A stretch of DNA of 64,000 bases from Anaerolineales bacterium (GTDB lineage Bacteria; Chloroflexota; Anaerolineae; Anaerolineales; DRMV01). The notes under the pieces are model-generated. The model made no database searches. It was not told the origin of the DNA and worked only from the letters and a program-made list of their open reading frames with translations. Where the stretch lies: NCBI GenBank assembly GCA_026996855.1, contig JALWJZ010000016.1, positions 567 through 64,566 on the forward strand. Direction: 5' to 3'. This document shows, piece by piece, positions 27,795-37,450 of this stretch. Made by a program: the position numbers and the translations under genes. Every line of letters starts with the position of its first letter. The stretch's first letter is position 1.

Positions 27795-29417
27795 CTAAAC
27801 CTCCCGCCGCAGGGCGGCCACCACTTTGTTCAGTGCGGTCAGGTAGGCTTTGGCACTGGCTTTGATGATGTCCGTATCCGCGCCGTAACCGCCGAAGGCC
27901 CGCCGCCGGACGCGGCCCGTCTGGGGGGAAGCAGTCTCACCTGTTTCTTCGATGCGGGGTTCCAGGCGCACCGTGACCTCGCCCACCGCGTCAATGCCTT
28001 CGGTGACGGCATTCACCACATACTCGATGAGCACGGTGGGCACCCCCACGATGTTGTCAATGGCTTTGAAGGCGGCATCTACCGGGCCGGTGCCCATGGC
28101 CGTGGCCGTGTATTCCTCGTCGTCCGGCCCCCGTAAACGCACCGTGGCCGTGGGCATCCCCGTGCCTGCAATGACTTGCAGGGCCTCCAGTTGGAAGAGT
28201 TCCTCTTCGGGGCTGATGGACCGCTCTTCCGAAACCAGGGCAATCAAGTCGGCGTCGGTGATGCTCTTCTTCCGGTCGGCCAGGCGTTTGAAACGCTGGA
28301 AGACGTCGTCCAGTTCCTCCCGGGAGAGTTTGTACCCCAACTCTTCCAGCCGCACCCGCAGCGCGTGGCGCCCGGAATGTTTCCCCAGCACCAGTTTGGA
28401 CTGGGGCCAGCCCACCGTTTCCGGCCGCATGATTTCGTAGGTTTGATGGTGTTTGAGCATGCCGTCCTGGTGAATGCCGGCTTCGTGGGCAAAGGCATTG
28501 GCCCCCACGATGGCTTTGTTAGGCTGCACGGGCATACCGGTAATGCGGGAGACCAATCGACTGGTCTTGACGATTTGGGTGGTGTCAATGCCCGTTTCCA
28601 GGCCAAAGAAATCCCGCCGTACCCACAGGGCCATGACGACTTCTTCCAGCGCGGTGTTGCCCGCACGTTCGCCGATGCCGTTGATGGTGACTTCGGCCTG
28701 CCGTGCGCCAGCCATCAGGCCTGCCAGGGTGTTCGCAGTGGCCAGACCCAGGTCGTTGTGGCAGTGCACGGAGACCACCACGTTCTCAATACCGGGCACG
28801 TTCTCCATGATGCCCTTGATGAGGTCGTAGAACTGCCAGGGCGTGGTGTAGCCCACGGTATCGGGGATGTTGATGGTGGTCGCGCCGGCTTCGATGGCCA
28901 CGGCCAGCACTTCGTACAGGAATTCGGGGTCGCTACGCCCCGCGTCTTCGGGGGAAAATTCCACGTCTTCGCACAGCGATTTGGCATAAGCGACCATGTC
29001 CCGCACCCGTTGCACCACCTCCTGTGGGGTCATACGCAGTTTGTACTTCATGTGAATGGGCGAGGTGGCCAGGAAAGTATGGATGCGGGGATAGGTCGCA
29101 TGGCGCACCGCTTCCCAGGCTTTGTCGATGTCTTCTTTCGTGGCGCGGGCCAGGCCCGCGATGATGGGCACGTGTCCGCCGTTGCGCGAGGAAGGGTTCC
29201 CCACCTCGATGGCAATGCGGCGGACGGCCTCCAGGTCGTCGGGGGAGGCTGCGGGGAACCCGGCCTCGATGACGTCCACCCCCATGCGGGCCAGTGCGCG
29301 AGCAATTTGCAGTTTCTCCGACGAGGTCATGGTCGCGCCGGGCGATTGTTCCCCGTCCCGTAAGGTGGTATCGAAAATGCGCACGTAATTGGGGTTGCGT
29401 TTGGGGTCGCGAATCAT
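27795..29417 (-). CDS. leuA: 2-isopropylmalate synthase
   Basis: [44 protein letters not shown] at 29417 follows AAAGGAGGTG. The longer track ORF is read-through across the repeat spacer. Confidence 0.95.
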   Translation of the reverse strand: MIRDPKRNPNYVRIFDTTLRDGEQSPGATMTSSEKLQIARALARMGVDVIEAGFPAASPDDLEAVRRIAIEVGNPSSRNGGHVPIIAGLARATKEDIDKAWEAVRHATYPRIHTFLATSPIHMKYKLRMTPQEVVQRVRDMVAYAKSLCEDVEFSPEDAGRSDPEFLYEVLAVAIEAGATTINIPDTVGYTTPWQFYDLIKGIMENVPGIENVVVSVHCHNDLGLATANTLAGLMAGARQAEVTINGIGERAGNTALEEVVMALWVRRDFFGLETGIDTTQIVKTSRLVSRITGMPVQPNKAIVGANAFAHEAGIHQDGMLKHHQTYEIMRPETVGWPQSKLVLGKHSGRHALRVRLEELGYKLSREELDDVFQRFKRLADRKKSITDADLIALVSEERSISPEEELFQLEALQVIAGTGMPTATVRLRGPDDEEYTATAMGTGPVDAAFKAIDNIVGVPTVLIEYVVNAVTEGIDAVGEVTVRLEPRIEETGETASPQTGRVRRRAFGGYGADTDIIKASAKAYLTALNKVVAALRREV

Positions 29418-29437
29418 GGTTGCACCTCCTTTGGGGG

Positions 29438-29535
29438 AGTGGTCAGTGAACAGGAGTGAGGGGTGAGCAGTCAGCAGTGGGCAGTCAGCGAACTGCCGAC
29501 CGCAGACCGCGGACTGCCGGCTGCTGATTGCCGAC
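29438..29535. repeat. heptamer tandem array (14 units) in the ilvC-leuA spacer
   Basis: agtggtc agtgaac .. agcagtc agcagtg ggcagtc agcgaac tgccgac cgcagac cgcggac tgccggc tgctgat tgccgac. Internal hairpin 29475-29485 / 29494-29504. Confidence 0.9.
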
Positions 29536-29539
29536 CGCG

Positions 29540-30562
29540 CTATATCTCCCATCGCTCCGGGTCCACCTCCACAGGGTCGAGGAAGGGCATCATACGGCGC
29601 AGGCGACGGCCCACCGCTTCGATGGGGTGTCGGGCTTCTTCGCGACGCTTTTGGTTGAACCAGGGTCGTCCTTTGGCATTTTCCTCGATCCATTCCCGAG
29701 CGAAGGAGCCGTCCTGGATGGCCTGGAGCACCTCCCGCATGGTCTGGCGCACGTGCTCGTCGATGATGCGTGGGCCGACTTTGTAGTCGCCGTATTCCGC
29801 GGTGTCGGAAACCGAGTACCGCATGTAGGTCAGGCCGCCCCGGTAGAGCAGGTCCACGATGAGTTTGAGTTCGTGCAGGGTTTCGAAATAGGCCAGTTCG
29901 GGCTGGTATCCGGCTTCCACCAGGGTTTCGAACGCGGCCTTGATGAGCGCGGTCACACCGCCGCACAGCACCGTTTGCTCGCCGAAGAGGTCGGTTTCGG
30001 TTTCCTCTTTGAAGGTGGTCTCCAGTACGCCGGCACGGGTACATCCGATGCCCCAGGCGTAGGCCAGGGCCACGTCTCGGGCCTGGCCGCTGGCATCCTG
30101 ATGCACGGCCAGAAGGGCCGGTGTGCCCGCTCCCTGGGTGAAGAGTTCCCGCACCCGGTGGCCCGGGGCCTTGGGCGCGACCATGCTCACGTCCACAAAG
30201 GCCGGCGGACGGATGGTGCCGTAATGGATGTTGAAGCCGTGGGCGAACATGAGGGTCTGGCCTTCCCGCAGGTGAGGTTCGATGGCCTCGGTGTACACCC
30301 GGGGCTGGACCGTATCCGGAAGCAGCACCATGACCACGTCGGCCCATTGCACCACATCGGGAATGGTGCCGACCGTCAGGCCCTGGGCCTCGGCCCGGTC
30401 CCAGGAAGGGCTGCCGGGCCGTAAACCCACCCGTACCTGGATGCCGCTATCCTTCAAGTTCAGCGCGTGCGCGTGGCCCTGAGAGCCAAACCCCAGTACC
30501 GCCACTTTGCGTTCCAGGATGGCCTGGGGGGAAACGTCCGTATCGTAATACATGCGAGTCAT
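29540..30562 (-). CDS. ilvC: ketol-acid reductoisomerase
   Basis: [42 protein letters not shown]. Confidence 0.95.
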   Translation of the reverse strand: MTRMYYDTDVSPQAILERKVAVLGFGSQGHAHALNLKDSGIQVRVGLRPGSPSWDRAEAQGLTVGTIPDVVQWADVVMVLLPDTVQPRVYTEAIEPHLREGQTLMFAHGFNIHYGTIRPPAFVDVSMVAPKAPGHRVRELFTQGAGTPALLAVHQDASGQARDVALAYAWGIGCTRAGVLETTFKEETETDLFGEQTVLCGGVTALIKAAFETLVEAGYQPELAYFETLHELKLIVDLLYRGGLTYMRYSVSDTAEYGDYKVGPRIIDEHVRQTMREVLQAIQDGSFAREWIEENAKGRPWFNQKRREEARHPIEAVGRRLRRMMPFLDPVEVDPERWEI

Positions 30563-30576
30563 GAGAAGCCTCCTTG

Positions 30577-30680
30577 GTGGGGATGTGGAATGAATGGGGA
30601 TATGCGAATGAGCGGATATGCGAATGGGCGGATGAGCGAATATGCGAATATGCGGATATGCGAATGGGCGGATGGGTGGA
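30577..30680. repeat. octamer tandem array (about 13 units, T[AG][TG]GCG[AG]A) upstream of ilvC
   Basis: tatgcgaa tgagcgga tatgcgaa tgggcgga tgagcgaa tatgcgaa tatgcgga tatgcgaa tgggcgga tgggtgga. Confidence 0.9.
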
Positions 30681-30693
30681 AGGACGGCGTTGT

Positions 30694-32400
30694 TCATTCG
30701 GCGCGCAGGCAGGCAGGGTCCGTTTCGGGGGGAAGGAGCAGGATGCCGGATTCCAGTTGCTTCCACACCCGAAAACCGGCCTGGCGCAAATCCTGGAGCA
30801 GCACTTCGGCCCAGGCGCGCTCCTCTTCCAGTTGCACGTTTTCGTCCATGAGGACCAAAACCAGGGCGCACGTGCCCTGGGTGCGCTGGGCCAGGTCTTT
30901 GGCCCAATCTTCGGGGGTGGTATAGGGCACAGGGTGACACTCGCCCTGCACGGGGTTGCAGTAAAAGGCCCGGCCTTCCCGCCACACCGGCCGGCCCCGG
31001 AGCCGGAAAGCGGGTCGGTCGGCGTAGTACAGGGTTTCTTCGCGTTCGTTGGTGTACACCGGCACCTTGGGGGGCAGGCTGCGGAGCGCCGGCCATGCGT
31101 CCAGGGTTTGCCATCCTTCGCCCCTGAGCAGAGCGCCGGCCCGGTGCCAGCGTCCCAGCAGGAAAAACTCGTCGTCCACCTTGGCGGTGCGCATCATGTG
31201 CACCCATGCCCACAGAAGCACCAGGGCCAGGGGCCACCACCGGGCCAGGGCAAACCAAGCGGCCACGCCTGCCAGCAGGGAAAGGGCCAGGTGTTCCGGC
31301 GCCAGAAGCCGCCAGTCCATGGGCGTGGAAGCATCCAGGAAGGCAATGGCCGCGACCAGGCCCAGGGCGTACAACACCGCAAAACTCCCCCAGCGCACGA
31401 AGAAGGCCTCCAACGGCACCAGGTTCCGTTTCCTTTGGGGGAAGGCCGGGGCCTGGATACGCGCCAGGAACACCAGCAGCCCCAGGCCCACCAGCAGCCC
31501 GGCGCTTCGTACCACCGCTTCTTGTGGAGTGAAGGTGCGGTAATGGGGCACCAGCCAGGAAGCCAGGGTGTACGCGGCCTGCAACCAGCGCTGGGTATCC
31601 GGGGGGTGCCATCCCAGGGTGCGGGAGGCCACCGCGCCGTCGGCCAGGCGGGAGGCCAACATCAGCCCCAAAATGGGCCCTCCCGAGGCGGCGAGAAAGG
31701 CCCCTACTTGTTGCTTCCATCCGGTGGGTCGCTGCTTCCTCCAGGTCCAGGCCAGGTAAACCAGCGTCCAAGCCGGCAAGACGAGGCCCAGCCAGCGGTT
31801 GCTCACCGACCAGGCCGCCAACAGTCCCGTCAACACGGACCGGGAGGGGCCAGGCCGCTGCCGCCAGCGTTCCATGGCCCAGGCCGTGGCCATGATTTGC
31901 GCCAGGAACAGGGCTTCGCTCCACACCCCCGCGAACATGCGGAGTAGGTGGAAGGAGACCCCCAGCCAGAGGACCGTGGTCGCGGTGGGGAACAGGTGCC
32001 GGGTGGCGCGATACACCTCGTACGCGGCCAGGGCCAGCACGAGGGCCAGGCTGGCCATGTTCACGGCCAGGGCCGCCAGGGCTTCATCGCCGTGGGTGAA
32101 GGTCATGAACACGGCAATGGCCAGGGGGTAACCGGGCGGGAAATGGCTTACAGGGTCCAGGCCTCCGTGGGGAAGGGGAAAGCCATAGCGCCCTCGCCGG
32201 TGGAGTTCCCGGGCCAGAACCAGGTAAGTCAGCCCGTCGGAATTGGCTCCCGGTCCCCAGTTCTCCGTGGCTTTGTACACCAGTCCCAGTCCCAGCCCGA
32301 TGGCGGCCAGGGTCACAAGCGCCACCGGCAGGGGATGCTCCCATAGGGGATGGTTGCGAAAGCGTTCCCAAAGGGCTTGGCCGGGCAATCGCCAGGTCAT
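30694..32400 (-). CDS. polytopic membrane protein, GT-C (ArnT/PMT)-like, with a C-terminal soluble domain
   Basis: [37 protein letters not shown].. then about 11 TM segments and a ~170-aa tail. Start chosen at the internal ATG 32400. Confidence 0.45.
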   Translation of the reverse strand: MTWRLPGQALWERFRNHPLWEHPLPVALVTLAAIGLGLGLVYKATENWGPGANSDGLTYLVLARELHRRGRYGFPLPHGGLDPVSHFPPGYPLAIAVFMTFTHGDEALAALAVNMASLALVLALAAYEVYRATRHLFPTATTVLWLGVSFHLLRMFAGVWSEALFLAQIMATAWAMERWRQRPGPSRSVLTGLLAAWSVSNRWLGLVLPAWTLVYLAWTWRKQRPTGWKQQVGAFLAASGGPILGLMLASRLADGAVASRTLGWHPPDTQRWLQAAYTLASWLVPHYRTFTPQEAVVRSAGLLVGLGLLVFLARIQAPAFPQRKRNLVPLEAFFVRWGSFAVLYALGLVAAIAFLDASTPMDWRLLAPEHLALSLLAGVAAWFALARWWPLALVLLWAWVHMMRTAKVDDEFFLLGRWHRAGALLRGEGWQTLDAWPALRSLPPKVPVYTNEREETLYYADRPAFRLRGRPVWREGRAFYCNPVQGECHPVPYTTPEDWAKDLAQRTQGTCALVLVLMDENVQLEEERAWAEVLLQDLRQAGFRVWKQLESGILLLPPETDPACLRAE

Positions 32401-32438
32401 GGTGGTTCCCGCAGGAAGAAGTGGGGGCTTTCCCGGTT

Positions 32439-34868
32439 CTACACGGCGGGCACTTCGGGCGGCGCGGTTTCCATGCCCTGGGAGGGCCCAGCGCCGTCGT
32501 CGCCGTTCCCTTGTTCCCGTACCAGTCGAGCGAAGGTTTCCAGCCGTTTGGCCACCGCGTGGTGGAAGGTGCCTTCGGGAAAGGTCCCATCGGGTTGGCG
32601 CTGGCCCGGTTCCATCCCCGTCAAAAGGCCGATGGCCTCGTCGATGGTCTCGACGGCCCAGATATGGAAGCGGCCTTCCCGCACGGCTTCCACCACCTCT
32701 TCCCGGAGCATAAGGTGTTTTCGATTGGCCTTGGGGAGAATCACGCCCTGGGTGCCCGTCAGGCCCAGGGCTTTGCACGTGGCAAAGAACCCTTCGATTT
32801 TCTCGTTCACCCCGCCCACGGCCTGGATGTTGCCGTGCTGGTCCACCGAACCGGTGATGGCCACGTCCTGCCGCAGGGGGATTTGGGCGATGGCGGAAAG
32901 CAAAGCCAGCAACTCCGCAGCCGAAGCGCTGTCGCCTTCCACCCCTTCGTAGGATTGCTCGAAGGTGATGCGCGCGCTCAAACTCAGCGGCCCCAGGTGG
33001 CCGTACTGGTGGCCCAGATAGCCCCCCAGAATGAGCACGCCCTTGGTGTGAATGGGGTCGCCCAGTTCCGCCTGTTTTTCGATGTCCACCACCTCGCCCC
33101 GGCCTGGGGCTGCGGTCGCGGTGATGCGCACCGGCCGACCGAAGGCATAATCGCCCAAGAAAATCACGGCCAGGCCGTTCATTTGGCCCACGGTTTCGCC
33201 TTCCACCTTCACCCGGAAGACGCCTTCCCGGATGATTTCCCGGATGCGTTCCTCCAGGTAGTTGGCGCGGTAGATGCGGGCTTCTTCGGCCTGGCGCAGG
33301 TCCTCCGCGGTGATGACTCCCCGCTGGTTTTGCCCGGCCCAGTAGGCGGCTTCCCGCAGGTAGTCGGTCAGCAGGCCGAAACGGGTGGAGAGTTTGTCTT
33401 GATGCCCGGCCAGCCGGGAGCCGATTTCCACCAGGCGGGCCACCGCGGTGGCGTCCAGCGGCGGTAGGTTTTCCGTGGCCTGGGCGATGCGGGCAAAGAG
33501 GGCGTACTCTTTTTCCGTTTCAGGGGTGCGGGGCATGTCCAGCGCGAACTCGGCCCGCACTTTGAACAGTTTGGGAAAATCTTCATCGTAACGGCGGAGC
33601 AGGTAGTAGAGCAAAGGCGAACCGATGAGCACCACTTTGGTTTCCAGGGGCACGGGTTCGGGTTCCAGGGTCACGGTGGTGATGAGGCTCAGGTCCGCGG
33701 CCAGTTCGATGATGCGCACCCGGCCTTCTCGTAAGGCGCGCTTCAGGCCGTACCAGGCGTAGGGGAGCAGGAGCACATCCAGAGCAGGAAGCACCAGATA
33801 CCCGCCCGCAGCCCGATGAAGCGCGCCGGCCCGAATCAAAGTATGGTCGGTGCGGGTCACGCCCATGACCACTTCGTGTTCGATGCGGCCCAACAGGTTG
33901 CCATACGAGGGGTGGTTTTCCACCACCACGGGCGCGCCTTTCAAGTCGCCGTTGTCCACGACCACGTTTACCTGATACCGGCGGGACCATACTTCCCACT
34001 GCGCTTCGGGGATTTTGCCCTCGGCCAGGTCCAAAAACGCTTTCCGATTGCGCACGATGTCTTCCTGCACGGCTTGCAGGTACGCCGAGACGCCTTCCAC
34101 CGGGCCGTGTTTCTTTTCCAATTCCTCTACCAGGTGTTCCACTACGAAAGTGGTGGTGCGCCGGTCCAGTTCTTCGAAGGCTTTGCGGGCTTTCTCTTCG
34201 ATTTCCCGGAGGCGGCGCAGGGTCTTTTTGATTTCCTCTTCCAGTCGGGCCTTGGCTTCCTCTCGTTGCTGGTCTTCTTCTGGGGATTCGGGCGTTTGCT
34301 CGCCTTCACCGCCGTCGGTGGCCGGTACCAGGGCAAAGCCAAAGGGGGTTTCCACCAGGTTGAAGCCCTCGTCCTGGGCTTTTTTCTTGAGTTTGCGCAT
34401 TTCTTGTTGTTGGCGCTTCTGCACCGTCTGGGCAATACGTTCCCGGGCCTGGCGGTAAGAGTCGCTTTGGAAAGCCCGCGGCAGTTCACGGCGGCAGGCT
34501 TCGAGCAGGCGTTGCATATCCTGGGCAAAGGCGCGGCCCTGCCCCGGTGGAAAGCGCAAGGCCTGGGGCCGTTTGGGGTCTTGGAAGTTGTACACATAGG
34601 CCAGATCGGGAGGAGTGGGCTGTTGTGCGGCCTGCTCTTGCAAAAAGCGCACAGTGAGGGAGAGCCGACCCGAACCGGGCCAGCCCAGTACGAACATGTT
34701 GTAACCTTTGGAGGGAATGCCGCTCCCTACCTTGAGGGCCTGGAAGGCCCGGGGCTGGCCGATGGGGCGAAACTCCAGGGGCAGTTCCTCGGTGGTCTGA
34801 AAGCCCAAGGCTCTTGGGTCGCAGGTTTTGCGCAGCATTTCAGGACCGAGTTCGGGAATGTTGGTCAT
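32439..34868 (-). CDS. LonC-type Lon-like protease with degenerate Walker A
   Basis: P-loop position reads GWPGSGRLS (no Lys). Long coiled-coil insertion. Lon protease domain YEGVEGDSASAAELLALLSA..VGGVNEKIEGF. SD is GAGGAGGTG. Confidence 0.8.
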   Translation of the reverse strand: MTNIPELGPEMLRKTCDPRALGFQTTEELPLEFRPIGQPRAFQALKVGSGIPSKGYNMFVLGWPGSGRLSLTVRFLQEQAAQQPTPPDLAYVYNFQDPKRPQALRFPPGQGRAFAQDMQRLLEACRRELPRAFQSDSYRQARERIAQTVQKRQQQEMRKLKKKAQDEGFNLVETPFGFALVPATDGGEGEQTPESPEEDQQREEAKARLEEEIKKTLRRLREIEEKARKAFEELDRRTTTFVVEHLVEELEKKHGPVEGVSAYLQAVQEDIVRNRKAFLDLAEGKIPEAQWEVWSRRYQVNVVVDNGDLKGAPVVVENHPSYGNLLGRIEHEVVMGVTRTDHTLIRAGALHRAAGGYLVLPALDVLLLPYAWYGLKRALREGRVRIIELAADLSLITTVTLEPEPVPLETKVVLIGSPLLYYLLRRYDEDFPKLFKVRAEFALDMPRTPETEKEYALFARIAQATENLPPLDATAVARLVEIGSRLAGHQDKLSTRFGLLTDYLREAAYWAGQNQRGVITAEDLRQAEEARIYRANYLEERIREIIREGVFRVKVEGETVGQMNGLAVIFLGDYAFGRPVRITATAAPGRGEVVDIEKQAELGDPIHTKGVLILGGYLGHQYGHLGPLSLSARITFEQSYEGVEGDSASAAELLALLSAIAQIPLRQDVAITGSVDQHGNIQAVGGVNEKIEGFFATCKALGLTGTQGVILPKANRKHLMLREEVVEAVREGRFHIWAVETIDEAIGLLTGMEPGQRQPDGTFPEGTFHHAVAKRLETFARLVREQGNGDDGAGPSQGMETAPPEVPAV

Positions 34869-35034
34869 GCGGCACCTCCTCGAGACGGTTCCATTGTACT
34901 CCATCTCGAGGGGGAAGGGGCCGAACCGGGGCCAACTTCCCGGTTGGCGTTCTTTTGGTTTGTCAAGGTGCCGTTGACGGCCGAACGGACCTCGGCCTTT
35001 GGTACGCCTTTTCGTCCCGTATGCCCAGGACCCA

Positions 35035-35580
35035 TCAAACCGTAGGGCGATGGCCGTTGGCCCCGGGCAGATGGCGGTGACCGGCCGCCATGCCACGGGT
35101 CATGGCCACGTGGCCGGTGCGCACCACTTCCACCAGGCCCGCGGGCCGGAGCAGGTCGATGAGGCTGTCCACCTTTTCCGGCGCGCCCGTGATTTCCACC
35201 GTGACCGTCTCAGGGGAAACGTCCACGATGTTGGCCCGGTACACCGCGGCCAGGTTGATGATCTCCGTGCGCTGGCCCGGCGGCGCTTTCACCTTGATGA
35301 GGGCCAGTTCCCGCACCACCGCGGGCCGGTCGGTCACATCCTGCACGTCCAGCACGTTCACCAACTTGTACAGGTTGGCCTCGATGAGATGGGCCTTCTC
35401 GTCCTCGATGTCCACCACGATGGTCATGCGGGAAACCCGGGGGTCCTGGGTGGTGCCCACGTTCAGGGAGTGGATGTTGTAATTCCGCCTGCGGAACAGG
35501 GACGCCACCCGGTTCAGCACCCCGGGCTTGTTCTCCACCCAGGCGATGAAAATGTGGGGTCGGGGACCATTGGGGTTCAT
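35035..35580 (-). CDS. ilvN: acetolactate synthase small (regulatory) subunit
   Basis: HIFIAWVENKPGVLNRVASLFRRRNYNIHSLNVG ACT domain. Confidence 0.9.
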   Translation of the reverse strand: MNPNGPRPHIFIAWVENKPGVLNRVASLFRRRNYNIHSLNVGTTQDPRVSRMTIVVDIEDEKAHLIEANLYKLVNVLDVQDVTDRPAVVRELALIKVKAPPGQRTEIINLAAVYRANIVDVSPETVTVEITGAPEKVDSLIDLLRPAGLVEVVRTGHVAMTRGMAAGHRHLPGANGHRPTV

Positions 35581-35598
35581 GGGACACCTCCAGGAGGG

Positions 35599-35661
35599 AG
35601 TGGACAGTGGACAGTGGTCAGTGGTCGGCTAACGGCTATCGGCTATCGGCTATCGGCTAAC
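35599..35661. repeat. heptamer tandem array (9 units) in the ilvB-ilvN spacer
   Basis: agtggac agtggac agtggtc agtggtc ggctaac ggctatc ggctatc ggctatc ggctaac. Contains the ilvB stop (35650-35652). Confidence 0.9.
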
Positions 35662-37359
35662 CACTTCCCCCGCCGGCCTCCGAATCATCTCGTGCAGGGA
35701 GACACCCGAGGGCACCATGGGGAAGACGTGCTCCTCCTGTTCCACCACGAACTCCAGGACCACGGGGCCTGGATGTTCGCGGGCGAAGGCCACGGCCTGG
35801 GGAATCTGCCCCCGTTCCGTCACCCGCATGGCGGGGATGCCGTAGGCCTTCGCCAGTTGGACGAAATCCGGGTTGTGCATGAGCACCGCGGAGTAGCGTT
35901 TCTCGTAAAAGAGTTCCTGCCACTGCCGCACCATGCCCAGGTAGTTGTTGTTGACGATGACCACTTTCACGTTGGCCCCCTCCTGCACCGCGGTGGCCAG
36001 TTCCGCCTGGGTCATCTGGAAGCCGCCGTCGCCCTCGATGACCCACACCTCTTTTTCGGGATGGGCGAACCAGGCCCCGATGCCCGCGGGCAGGCCAAAG
36101 CCCATGGTTCCCAGCCCACCCGAGGTGATGAGCCGGTAGGGTTGTTCCAGTTTGTAGTACTGGGCGGTCCACATCTGATGCTGGCCCACCCCCGTGGCGA
36201 TGATGACCTCCTGGCCCGCGGTGGCCTTCCACAGGTCGTGGATGGCCTGGGCGGCCCGCAACGGTCCGGGCTGGTTGCGGTAGAGGATGTCCCGCCGGCG
36301 GGTATCGGCCTTCCAGGATTCGATTTGGTCCCACCAATCTTCGGGCTGTTTGGGTTCCACCAGGGGGATGAGGTCCTGCAGCACGGCCTTCAGGTCGCCC
36401 AGCAGGGCCACGTCCGCGCGCACGTTCTTGTGGATTTCCGCGGGGTCGATTTCCACGTGGATGACCTTCGCGTGGGGCGCGTAGGTCTCCAGTTTGCCCG
36501 TCACCCGGTCGTCGAAGCGCATCCCCAGCGCGATGAGCAGGTCCGCGTGCTGGATGGCCATGTTGGTGTAATACTCCCCGTGCATCCCCATCATCCCCAG
36601 GCTCAGGGGGTGGGACGCGGGCAGCACGCCCAGGCCCAGCAGGGTCATGGCCACGGGGGCCTGGAGTTTCTCCGCGAGTTGGCGCAGTTCTTCCATGGCC
36701 CCGGACATGAGCACGCCCTGCCCCGCGAGGATGACGGGCCGCTCCGCTTCCGCGATGAGCCGGGCCGCGCGTTCCAGGTCCTGGGGGTCGGCCTTTTCCG
36801 GGGGATGGTAGCCGGGCAGGTCCACCCGTTCGGGCCAGGACCATTCGGCTTCCTCAATCTGCGCGTTCTTGCACAGGTCGATGACCACCGGGCCGGGCCG
36901 TCCCGTGCGGGCGATGTGGAAGGCTTCCCGCACCACGCGGGGGATATCCTCTGCGCGGGTGACCAGGTAGTTGTGCTTGGTGATGGGCAACGTGATGCCC
37001 GTGATGTCCGTTTCCTGGAACGCGTCGCTCCCCAGGAGGGAAGCCGATACCTGGCCGGTAATGAAGACCACGGGGGACGAATCCATGCGGGCCGTGGCGA
37101 TGGCCGTGGTGAGGTTGGTCGCGCCGGGGCCGGAGGTGGCCATGGCCACGCCCACTTTGCGCCTGTGCCGCAGCGCGCGGGCGTAGCCGTCGGCCGCGTG
37201 GCCCGCGGCCTGCTCATGGCGGGTGAGCACGTGCTTCACGGGGTAATCCAGCATGGCATCGTACACGGGCATGATGGCCCCACCGGGGTACCCAAAGACC
37301 ACCTCCACGCCTTCCCGGATGAGGGCTTCCCACAGCAGGCGAGCACCGGACATCTTCAT
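35650..37359 (-). CDS. ilvB: acetolactate synthase large subunit
   Basis: MKMSGARLLWEALIREGVEVVFGYPGGAIMP..GGLGTMGFGLPAGIGA. ATG at 37359 follows GGAGGTG. Confidence 0.95.
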   Translation of the reverse strand: MKMSGARLLWEALIREGVEVVFGYPGGAIMPVYDAMLDYPVKHVLTRHEQAAGHAADGYARALRHRRKVGVAMATSGPGATNLTTAIATARMDSSPVVFITGQVSASLLGSDAFQETDITGITLPITKHNYLVTRAEDIPRVVREAFHIARTGRPGPVVIDLCKNAQIEEAEWSWPERVDLPGYHPPEKADPQDLERAARLIAEAERPVILAGQGVLMSGAMEELRQLAEKLQAPVAMTLLGLGVLPASHPLSLGMMGMHGEYYTNMAIQHADLLIALGMRFDDRVTGKLETYAPHAKVIHVEIDPAEIHKNVRADVALLGDLKAVLQDLIPLVEPKQPEDWWDQIESWKADTRRRDILYRNQPGPLRAAQAIHDLWKATAGQEVIIATGVGQHQMWTAQYYKLEQPYRLITSGGLGTMGFGLPAGIGAWFAHPEKEVWVIEGDGGFQMTQAELATAVQEGANVKVVIVNNNYLGMVRQWQELFYEKRYSAVLMHNPDFVQLAKAYGIPAMRVTERGQIPQAVAFAREHPGPVVLEFVVEQEEHVFPMVPSGVSLHEMIRRPAGEVVSR

Positions 37360-37373
37360 GGGGCACCTCCTTT

Positions 37374-37450
37374 TCGTTGGTGGTCGTTGGTCGGTGGTCG
37401 TCAGTCCACAGTTAACCATCGACTATCGACCGTCGACCATCGACCATCAA
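37374..37450. repeat. heptamer array (11 units) forming an imperfect palindrome across the ilvD stop
   Basis: tcgttgg tggtcgt tggtcgg tggtcgt cagtcca cagttaa ccatcga ctatcga ccgtcga ccatcga. Arms 37385-37405 / 37418-37438. Confidence 0.9.

Noticed and set aside
32439-34868. The Lon-like protease as BrxL of a BREX defence system.
   Set aside because: There are no brxA/B/C, pglX or pglZ neighbours. The architecture (degenerate P-loop, coiled-coil insertion) fits LonC, and the gene sits in a biosynthetic operon.
27795-35096. The track ORFs 27795-30347 (850 aa), 29540-31924 (794 aa), 30694-32778 (694 aa) and 32439-35096 (885 aa), read as giant fusion proteins.
   Set aside because: Their N-terminal parts are read-through of spacers, repeat arrays and the 3' ends of upstream genes in other frames. 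Each real gene has an internal ATG with a strong GGAGG-type SD and a family-typical N-terminus.
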